Part shown: positions 53,677 through 64,000 of the stretch, one piece after another
How the letters are laid out: every line of letters starts with the position of its first letter
How positions within the stretch are numbered: the stretch's first letter is position 1
Assembly: GCF_006345805.1 (NCBI RefSeq)
Contig: NC_043015.1
Location: 39,928,001-39,992,000, forward strand
Length of the DNA stretch: 64,000 nucleotides
From: Octopus sinensis
Taxonomy: Eukaryota
Direction: 5' to 3'
The notes under the pieces: model-generated
Databases searched by the model: none
The model's input: the letters and a program-made list of their open reading frames with translations, nothing else
Told to the model about the DNA's origin: nothing
Program-made: the position numbers and the translations under genes

Positions 53677-54326
53677 CTTTAGATGGAACATTGAAATAGA
53701 AAACATGGCAGTATACAACCAGAGACATCATCGTAGTTTTAACATCCATTTATCTATGCCTGCATCAGTTGAACAGAATCTGTTGAGGCAGAATATTTAC
53801 AGCCAGAATGCCTTTCCTATCACCAACCCTCATCTGGTAATAATCATCATCATCCTTTAACATCCATTTTCCATGCTGGCAAGGGTCAGACAGTTTGACT
53901 GGAACTGGTAAGCCAGAGAGTTGCACCAGGTTCCAGTCTGATTTGGCATGGTTTCTACGGCTGCACGCTCTCCCCAATGCCAACCACTCCAAGAATGTAA
54001 CGGGAGCTTTTTACATGTCACCAGCACAGCATATTGCCATGGTCTCAGTCACTTGTCAGCATCTCCATGAGGTCCAACATTCAAAGATCATGCTTCACCA
54101 CCTCATCCCTCACCTCTGTGAGGCCCAACATTTGAAGATCATGCTACTGGCATGGGCCACAATTACAATTTCACAAGTGCCATTTACAAAACACCAGCCA
54201 TGGCCACAACTACGATTTCACCTGGCTTTATATATATATAATGATTTATAATCGTTCAAAAGAAAATTAAGAAAATGGAGGTATAGCAGCTAATAAAAAT
54301 TTATTATCTGCAAAAATCCAACATAA

Positions 54327-54410
54327 TCTCTTACAGCTGTTTCAATTAAGCCTAAAGATTAAAATAGCAATTATTAAATCATTATATTAGGCAAAATCTC
54401 ATCAGAGATA
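54327..54410 (-). ncRNA. Hammerhead ribozyme motif with long stem II and palindromic ACAGCUGU stem III
   Basis: Sense: UAUCU CUGAUGA GAUUUUGCCUAA...UUAGGCUUAAUU GAA ACAGCUGU A AGAGA. Confidence 0.65.
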
Positions 54411-54835
54411 ATATATGTTCATATATATATTATATCATCACCTAATGTCTGGCTTCCATACTGATTTGAATAGAATGGTGCGAGAGGGCTTGACAAGCTA
54501 GAGGATTGTGTGTGATATCAATGTCTGTTTTGGCATAGTTCCTGCAGCTTGATGCCTGTCCTAACACCAAACTATTCTACAGTGTGACATGGGTGCTTTT
54601 TTTCTCCATGGCACCAGCACTAGTGATGACTGCCTCATAATTTGTTTAAAGTGGCCCTTATGGCTGGGGAGAATAGAAGACAATGAATAATGATCCTCGA
54701 TGGAAGGGATGAGGGATGGGAAGGGATTAGTGATAGGGGTTACTGAGAAGAAGGGAACAGAGGTCTAGGGTTATCCAACATTGTGTTGGGTTTATACAAA
54801 AAATGTGAGGGAAAGGGGACACAAAGGAAGCAATA

Positions 54836-54881
<46 letters not shown>

Positions 54882-55587
54882 CATATATGTAATTAGAAGA
54901 AAAAAAAGGGATTAAAGAAATCTAGGCAGATATCAATAAAGCAGTGTTAAACGAATTTGGTTAAGTATATCCAACAATCAGATACCTGTAAATGTAAGAA
55001 GAATACACATCCAAAGTAATTCTTCATGTATGACAAGTAGAACCAAATACCAGTGTGAAAAATTCCAAGAAATATATATATCAGAAGAGCCTGCTGATAA
55101 CATGTTTTCTTATATTTGATAAGGGGAATCTTTCCCGAAATATACTAGAAGCATTGAACTATGTAAGGCAATACAATATCTGCTGTTTCTATTTACTGGC
55201 ATCACCTTAAATATTTTGCATAACCTCTCATCTGCATCACTCAAAGGATTTATAAAATACTTATATCATTTACATATCACAATGCTTCAATAACTTCATA
55301 TTTCTTCTTCAGCAAGACACCTATATCTGTCTCACTGTAACCTTTTCATCATCACCTCCTTCAATGCTTTCTCTCCTCTTGTCTTGCAAGTACTTGGTGA
55401 CCCTGTCAGTGCAGGTGCCACTTAAAAGCACCCAGTCCACACTGTAAAGTGGTTGGTGTTTGGAAGGGCATCCAGCTGTAAAAATCCTGCCAAAACAGTC
55501 ACAGAAGTCCCACCCATGCCAGCATGGAACACGAACATTAAATGATGATATATATATATATATATATATATATATCAATCATCATCA

Positions 55588-55902
55588 TGGCTTAGTAGTT
55601 TGGGCATTCACCTCATGATTGTAAGGTCGTGAGTTCAATTCTGGGTGACGTTTTGTGTCCTTGAGCAAGACACTTTATTTCACATTGCTCCAGTCCACTC
55701 AGCTGGCAAAAATGAGTAGTACCTGTATTTCAAAGGGCCAGCCTTGTCATACTCTGTGTCATGCTGAATCTCCCTGAGAACTACATTAAGGGTCCACGTG
55801 TCTGTAGAGTGCTCAGCCACTTGCATGTTAAAGTTCACAAACAAGCTATTCTGTTGATCAGATCAGCTGGGACCCTCGTTGTCATAACCAATGGAGTGCT
55901 CC
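55588..55902 (+). mobile_element. tRNA-derived SINE family D, diverged copy
   Basis: Body and 3' end (GTACCTGTATTTCAAAGGG...GGAGTGCTCC) align with 47513-47899. Confidence 0.7.
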
Positions 55903-55905
55903 TTT

Positions 55906-55963
<58 letters not shown>

Positions 55964-56029
55964 GTGCATGAATGTATAATCTAGAAATAATTGTGAGAAT
56001 ATAAGGATATTAATCAATCAATAATATTA

Positions 56030-56318
56030 ACAATTGCAGTGTGGAAGGTGTTTATAAGCCATTTAAAGAAACACACAAAAACCGTTAGATTCACTCCAAC
56101 ATTTAAATTTGATTTGTCAAAATATTTTCGTCGCTTTGAGATGGTGACCTGTTCACTGACAAAACTCCGAGATGCAGCACGGAGTTTTGTCAGTGAACAG
56201 GTTGCGGTCTCAAAGCAACGAAAATATTTTGACAAATTAAATTTAAATGTTGAAGTGAATCTAACGGTTTTTGCGTGTTTCTTAAATGGCTTATAAACAC
56301 CTTCCACGCTGCGATTGT
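56030..56318. repeat. Foldback inverted repeat (~140-bp arms, 10-nt loop)
   Basis: 56030-56169 pairs with 56180-56318; explains the mirror-image ORFs on both strands. Confidence 0.9.
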
Positions 56319-56839
56319 TTTTGTTCCAGCACACGATCTCAGATCAGGTCACTTGCTATGCAAGTACATCTCCGTAAAAATAATATTAATATTTCCTCTG
56401 AGCAAATAGCGAAGACAACTTAGAACCTGGTTTGGTCTTATCCTACACTCTACTGAAGGCGGGCAGAAAAGTACTTTTAATAACCAAGCGAAGTGTTACC
56501 AAAACCAAGGAATTTCATAGTTTGCTTTAAGAGATTAGTGTAGCAGACACCCCCACCACCAGCATAGTCACCACCGCCACCATTTGAGCTATTAGAAAAA
56601 AAGAAAAAAGAATAAAAAAAACGATGACTTACATCGTATTTTAATTTTAATTACGACACAGAAGCCTGGCATATTTGAGTGTCAACTGAAAAATATTTTA
56701 TTTGGAGTAATTAAGTTTTGCGAAAGAGAAGAAGTTCGTTAAAGTGAAGCTTGAAGACCTTTGGCAGACAACACACAACATTACAACTGTACAAACACAC
56801 ACACACATCACTGTCATTCTTTAATGGTATGACACATCA

Positions 56840-57215
56840 TCATCATTTAACGTCTGTTTTCCATGCTGGCATGGGTTGGATGGTTCGACCGGGGTCTGGG
56901 AAGCCAGGAGGCTGCACCAGGCTCCTGTCTGATCTGGCAGTGTTTCTACAGCTGGATGCCCTTCCTAACGCCAACCACTCCGTAAGTGTAGTGGGTGCTT
57001 CTTATGTGCCACCAGAACAGGTGCCAGGGGAGGCTGGCAGCGGCCATGATCGGTTGGTGCTTTTTACATGCCACCAGCACAGAAGCCAGTCAAGGTGGCG
57101 CTGGCATCGTCCACGTTCAGATGGTGCTTTTTACGTGCCACCAGCTCAGGTATCACAACTACAATTTCCATTTGATATTGATGTACTTGACTCAGTCGGT
57201 CTCCTCAAGTACAGC
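56840..57215 (-). mobile_element. SINE-like family C, long copy with three modules
   Basis: Reverse complement of the 7815-8121 type. Confidence 0.8.
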
Positions 57216-57404
57216 AGGTCACCCTATACATATATTTATATACATACATAAATATATATATATATACTTACACACACACATGAACGCACACACAAGCATG
57301 CATACATATATACACAGAGGCACATACACGTATATACACACACATATGCATGCACACATATAAAGACACACACATACACGTATATACATATACACACACG
57401 CATA

Positions 57405-57762
57405 CAGGGTGGCCCGAAAATAGGTTTACAGTTATCATGTTGGCACTTTAAATGTAATAAAATGTTTTACAGGAAATTAAATTTTTTATGTTACAATTAA
57501 CTAAATTAGCAAAGAATAATGGTTTCATATTTTTTAATAATTAAGATTTAAACTGTTAAAATATGAATGCGAAAGAGATAGTTGGCGCAGGAGTGGCTGT
57601 GTGGTAAGTAGCTTGTTTACCAACCACACGGTTCCAGGTTCAGTCCCACTTCGTGGCACCTTGGGCAAGTGTCTTCTGCTATAGCCTCGGGCCGACCAAA
57701 GCCTTGTGAGTGGATTTGGTAGATGGAAACTGAAAGAAGCCCGTCGTATATATGTATATATA

Positions 57763-57808
<46 letters not shown>

Positions 57809-58056
57809 TGTGTGCGTGTATGTTTGTATGTCTGTGTTTGTCCCCCTAGCATCGCTTGACAACCGATGCTGGTGTGTTTATGTCCCTGTCACTTAGCGGT
57901 TCGGCAAAAGAGACCGATAGAATAAGTACTGGGCTTACAAAGAATAAGTCCCGGGGTCGAGTTGCTTGATTAAAGGTGGTGCTCCAGCATGGCCGCAGTC
58001 AAATGACTGGAATAAGTAAAAGAGAGTAACTGTAAACCTACTTTTGGGCCACCCTG
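57405..58056. mobile_element. Tc1/mariner-type MITE interrupted by a SINE-A insertion
   Basis: TIRs CAGGGTGGCCCGAAAATAGGTTTACAGTT / AACTGTAAACCTACTTTTGGGCCACCCTG with TA TSD; SINE at 57584-58024 inside. Confidence 0.8.
57584..58024 (+). mobile_element. SINE family A, full-length
   Basis: High identity to 28137-28540; nested in a Tc1-type MITE. Confidence 0.85.
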
Positions 58057-60525
58057 TATATATACATACCCGTCTGGCACCTGTGCGGGTGGCATGTAAA
58101 AAGCACCCACTACATTCTCGGAGTGGTTGGCGTTAGGAAGGGCATCCAGCTGTAGAAACACTACCAGATCTGACTGGAGCCTGGTGCAGCCTCCTGGCTT
58201 CCCAGACCCCAGTTGAACCGTCCAACCCATGCTAGCATGGAAAGCGGACACTAAACGATGATGATGATGATGATGATGATGTATACGTTTACACAAAGGT
58301 GCACCTGTGTGTGTGTGTGTGTGCATTTATCATCATCATACATTTTCAGCACCCATTTTCCATGCTGTCATGTATTGCAATGATGATAATAATAATAATA
58401 ATAATAAGAAGAAGAAGAAGAAGAAGAACTTGCACGACTGCTTCCACCCCTATTGTTCAGTTATTCTCCCCAGTAATAAAAATGTCAGATGCTTTCAGAA
58501 CAGAGAAACGGGGGTGGGGACACGCACACATGTACACACACACACCTGGTGTTTTATATTACTGTTACAAGGTGTTAGCAGAGCACAAAGGTGGCATGCT
58601 AGTGCAACCATAAAGGTGGTACACTAGTACAACCATCTTTCTATAGAAAACCCTGAGATATTTATTCCACATCTTTGAGCTGTGAGTTCAAACACAGGTA
58701 AGGTCAAACTTTACCTTTCGTCCTTTCCAAGACCAGTAAACAAAGCAGCAATATCGGATGTTGTTTTACCGGAATTGTCTGAGTGCCATAGGAGGGACAC
58801 TGTCTCGTGGTTCTGCGCCGGCCGTTTGTGTTCCGGTAGCAAAGACCAAGAGTTCTTTCTCTCAGTTTCTTTTTTTTTTTTGCGCACAAGGTTTGGACCA
58901 AACCAGAACTTTTTGCGCACAAGGTTTGGACCAAACCAGAACTTTTGTTTGCAAAGAGAACTTTTTATCCACATGGCTCTGCTAGCATCTATGTACTTTG
59001 GATAATGTACTCTTAGCTACACATACACAAGATGCGAGAATGGATAAAAAGACAGGATTATCATATGCAAAGTGTCTTTGAATCTATTGAAGGTTCACCA
59101 CGAACACATTACATAATATTATCCTAGATAGACAAGGTCTGAATAAAAGACAGGATGGTCATGGCAAGAATGTCTTTAGAAGTCAGCTGCAAGAATTATG
59201 GTCACAGCTTCTCCATTAAAAGACAAGGAATCGGTTATAAAAAGCCAGAGAAAGGCTTTTTTTCTTTTTAGTTTGATCAGCATTGTTTGTGTAATGTGTC
59301 CTTTTGGTTATATCATTAGGGGTATTAGAGACAATCAGATGGGGTGGAGGGTATCGATGTCATTGTAATCATAGCATCAGCAACAATAGGCCACCCAATA
59401 CCCCTCATATATATATATATAAAATAAAAAAAAACAATAAAAGAGAATCAAACTCAGTCTGTGTTTAATCTTTTATTCTGGCCATTTTATTAGGGGTATC
59501 TGAGGAGGGTGGACTCAGTAGAACAGAGCAATACACCTCGCTTTCCATTCACAAAGTTACAAAACAACAACAACAAGAAAAAGTTGTTTTTAAGCAGACA
59601 TCGTCCTTACACTTTAGCCATTTTATTAAGGGTATTAAGGGTGGAGGGCATTGATTGTAGCATTGTTTAAGATACACCTACCCACACCACCTCTCCTTTA
59701 AGAGTCTAGTGAGTGCAACTTGCAAGAAAGGATGCTGGCATAAAGGATGCTGGTGAGAAAAGGACAAGGATGGGAGTGGGGTGGGAGTGGGGTGGCAGCG
59801 TTTACAACAAAGAGAGACAGAGGTGGGGGGGAGTGATTGTTGTCAGTGGTTACCAACAACAGAGGGCGCTAGATGCAGCTATAGAATATAAACTCGGGGC
59901 ACCCACACACCACCCTTACACTGGTGTCAAGTTAATCGGGTGGAAAAATGATTTGTATTGGGTGTAAGTATTTAATGATAGAGCAGAGAGTGTTTAAGGG
60001 TGGAACAGAGCTGGGTGGAGAGAGAGGGTACATGCGTGTGCGTGCAAGCATGTGCATTGTGTGTATATATATAATATGAATGCATATATTGGTAGCGCGT
60101 GTGTATACATACAACTGTAGTAATGTGTGATTAGGCAGTTGTAATGGGTATTATTATAATGCGTGTGTATATGTGAGAATGTGTGAGTGCTTTATACATC
60201 TGTGTGTTAACAGCACATGTATGTGGGTGCGTGTGTAGGTTGTGGTAGCGTAATTATGTATAATTAGGTGAGGATATCTGGGTGTGTGTGGTTTGTGTTC
60301 ATGTGTATGTGGGCATACGTACATACATATCTACATATACGTATGCATATATATACATATACACATATATATTATATATATATATATATTTATACATATC
60401 TATATATACATATACACATATATATAATATATATATACATATATATACATTTATGTATATATATATATATACATATATACATACGTATGTGTGTGTATAT
60501 ATATCATCATCATCGTCGTTTAGTG

Positions 60526-60577
<52 letters not shown>

Positions 60578-61344
60578 TCTTATGTCTAGTCATCCTAAAA
60601 ACTATTTTACATTAATCCGATGGTTATTCTATGCTATTGTAACAGTACAAATATTCCTTAATGTTTTTGTTTAGAATATTAGATATATATATATATATAT
60701 ATTGAGAAGACGACCCATCAAGCTGAGCAAAATTGTAGTCGTGGCAGATACCAGTGGTGCATGTAATAGCACTCATTACACTCTTGGGGCAGTTGGTGTT
60801 AGGAAAGACATCCATCTGAAGAAAACCATTCCAAATGAGACTGGAGTCTGGAGCAGCATCCCAGCTTACCAAGCCTGGTCAAACCGTCCAACCCATGCCA
60901 GCATGGACAACAGACATTAAATAATAATGAAAATGATGATGGTATATATATATACACACACACACACATATACAACATACATACATATATATATAGTGAC
61001 CGTGTATTGGTGTGTGTTGTGTGTGTGTGTGTGCATATTCAAATTTACAATTTTTTTACCATTTAACTTTGTCACATAGTTTGTTGCACTGCAACATAGA
61101 GGAAACTATGGAGAATCCCTGACTGCTATTTATCACCACCTTAAGATGTTACAAGTACAACATACAAGACACTTGCAGCAAGATAAAGAGGTAAATTCCA
61201 CCCGAGGTCGACTTTGCCTTTCATCCTTTCGGGGTTGATTAAATAAGTACCAGTTACGCACTGGGGTCGATATAATCGACTTAATCCATTTGTCTGTTCT
61301 TGTTTGTCCTCTCTGTGTTTAGCCCCTTGTGGGTAGTAAAGAAA

Positions 61345-61620
61345 TAGGTATAATCCAGTTAGCTGTAAGTAGGCACCCCAAGATGGTATGGTCCACCTAG
61401 CTGTAACATATGATGGTGCAATCTTGAGGTATGTAGGTACCACAGAATGGTACAGTGTACCTAGCTGTCAGGAGGTACTGCAAGACAGTAAGGTTGTCAC
61501 TGAATTGTGTCCATGTTCAAAGTTAGCTATGTTCAACAGCTCAGTCTAACTAGCTGTAAATAGGTACCACACTGTAATGTGTCCAGCTCAGTCAACTTAG
61601 CTGTAAATGGGTACCAACTG
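61345..61620. repeat. Degenerate minisatellite with TAGCTGTAA(A/G)TAGGTACC core
   Basis: The core recurs about 5 times. Confidence 0.55.
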
Positions 61621-62934
61621 ATGTAATATAATAAATAATTTATCACAAGTAAACAGCGACAAGATAGCAAAAATTGATATGTTTTCATTGGTTTCCAGTT
61701 CTCAAATTCATTCTGTGAGAAACTTGCCATCTGTTTAACGCTATTTAGCGCCAGCCAACAGAATGTGGACTTCTGGGAAAGGTTTCATGGGATTTTTTTC
61801 TTATTTTGGTTTAATTTATTTGGTTTGGCATTCACAAGAGTTATTTTAGCAAAACAACACTGTATACATACGTATGTATACACACACATACACACACGTG
61901 AAGAGAGAGAGAAAAACAGACAGGTAAATGTGTTTGAAAGTGTATAGATATAGTGTGTGTATGTGTGTTGTGAGTGTGTGCCAATTTTCTGCTGGGTATT
62001 GGAACATTCCACAAGATCTGATTCCATCATCTATGGACTTCTGAATATTCAAACAGCCCCAAGAATAAAACTGTTAATCTACCAATGTAGTGAGTTCCTT
62101 ATTTTTTTTTTGTCTGAGACAGTTACATCTAACACACACATGGCCTTACATTCCTCAAGTTCCTTTATGTCGACCATTCTCACCTACTAACAACCAACAC
62201 AAAAGAAAAAAAAATGGCGATAAATTGGAAGCAAAACAGCAGATCGAATAGTTGCCATAGCTACAGGAAATTGTTACCAAGAAACCACTCATGCTCAAAA
62301 GATACTCCACTTCTTCAAGTACTGACCTCTCCTTACATGTAGGCCTTGTTCTGACCAAAGCTCAAAAATATAGGAGTGGATGTGGGGAGGTGGGGAGAGC
62401 TTAAGGAGTTTGTTTCATCATCACATGGTTCCAGGTTCAGTCCTACCGCATGGCAGCATGGTCAAGTGTCTTCTACTACAACAGCTCTGGGCTAACCAAA
62501 AGTCTTTTGAGTTAAAATGGTAGAGGAGAAACTAAAAGAAAGCAGTTTGCATGGTAAGAAGTCTGCTTCCCAACCACATGGTTCTGGGTTCAGTTCCAAT
62601 TCGTGGCACATTGGGCCAATGTCTTCCACGAGAGCCCTCAGGCTGACCAAAACCTTATGAGTGGATTTCATAGAGAGAAACTGAAAGAAGCCTATTGTAC
62701 ATATATTTGTGTATGTGTGTGTGTGTGCGTTTGTCCCCACCACCATCGCTTGACAACCGATGTTGGTGTGTTTACATCCCCGTCACTTAGCGGTTCGGCA
62801 AAAGAGACCGATACAATAAGTACTAGGCTTACAAAGAATAAGCCCTGGGGTCAATTTGCTCGACTAAATGCGGTGCTCCAGCATGGCCACAGTCAAATGA
62901 GTGAAACAAGTAAAAGAGTAAAAGAATATATATA

Positions 62935-62983
<49 letters not shown>

Positions 62984-64000
62984 AAGCAAAATAGCGACAG
63001 GCTGGTAAGTTAATAATTTGACTGTGCAACCCCATGGTTTAGAGTTCAATCTTCATACACAGCATCTGAGTCATGTGTCTTCTTCTATAGCCTCAGGTTA
63101 ACCACCATGACTGAAAGTGAAGTGGGGAGGTGGGGGGGGGAGAAAATGAAGGGGAAGAGGGGTGGTGAAGGGGAGAGAGAGGGCTGTGGAAGGGACAGGT
63201 TATCAAGGTGGAGGTGAGGGTGACCTAGCAGACTTACTGTGCTGGTGGTGGTGGTGGTGGTGGTGGAATGGTTGGAGCAAAAGCATTGATAACAGTCTCA
63301 GAGTTTTAGGAATTGATAAAAGTTTAGTTTATCAGTGCAAACACACACACACACACACAAGCATGTTACTGTGTGTGTGTGTGTGAATATACAAATGTAT
63401 GCATTTATACGTACACAAAAATAAACATACACATGTATGTGTGTGTTTGACAAACAAGCAACTGTTGAAACTAAATTTCCTGCCAGCTTTAAATCTAAAA
63501 TGTTTTCAACTCTTACACTTGTATTGAGTCCGTTCCAGCTTTGTGATATACATATACACACACACCACACACATACATGTACACATACACACACCACAAA
63601 TACATGTATACATACACACACATGCATGCACACACACACACACGCATACATACCACATATACATACTCATGCATACACACACCACAAACATGTCTACATA
63701 CACACATGCATACACACTCCACACACACGCATACACACTCCACACACACGCATACATACACACCACACATACATACTCATGCATACAAACACACACACAC
63801 ACGCATACATACACACACACACAAGGCATGCATGCCAGTTCTTAAGATTAGTTTTTCGCAAAAGAGGACAGAATTGCCACAGGTCAGTAAACTTGCACTG
63901 GATCTCCGCCACCACCACCACCACTATCACTGCTAACAACAATAATAATAGCATTGCTTTCATTACCATAGCAACGGAAACTGCTAGAATTGCCACCACC

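Noticed and set aside
54900-55320. Possible Penelope RT relic (YVNDI; CKCKK)
   Set aside because: The motifs are on opposite strands and short enough to be chance.
56014-56334. Similar ORFs on both strands
   Set aside because: Artefact of the palindromic foldback.
58704-59005. ORFs on both strands in a CpG-rich stretch as exon 1 or another gene
   Set aside because: No recognisable domain or signal peptide; partly made of a tandem duplication.
494-63999. Numerous long ORFs rich in HT/CV/YI/RE/LS dipeptides
   Set aside because: Translations of (CA)n, (TA)n and (GA)n microsatellites or SINEs; no coding signature.

Overview
AT-rich, microsatellite-dense eukaryotic DNA; the repeat landscape and protein similarity suggest a coleoid cephalopod (Octopus-like; inference). 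Only one host gene is supported: a glypican of the GPC1/2/4/6 (dally-like) subfamily on the minus strand. Two internal coding exons are visible (25701-25862 and 2184-2575), separated by a 23.1-kb intron; exon 1 and the downstream exons were not found. Nearly all other ORFs in the track are microsatellite, SINE or palindrome artefacts. The non-coding DNA holds many copies of at least four SINE-like families, two RTE-type LINE 3' relics, a REL-endonuclease retrotransposon relic, a Tc1/mariner (DD37D/maT-like) transposase relic, Tc1-, hAT- and piggyBac-type MITEs, and Helitron-like ends. The most notable signal is about 11 minimal type-I hammerhead-ribozyme (HHR)-like motifs in short elements, mostly next to (TA)n tracts, as known for Penelope-like retroelements. 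They include two families with non-canonical cores (A6U; U4C) and one TSD-flanked palindromic element joining a tRNA-like Pol III head to two tail-out HHR arms. Several 130-300-bp foldback hairpins are also present, two sharing termini with an HHR element. All structures were read by eye; nothing was folded, aligned or searched computationally, and repeat boundaries are approximate.
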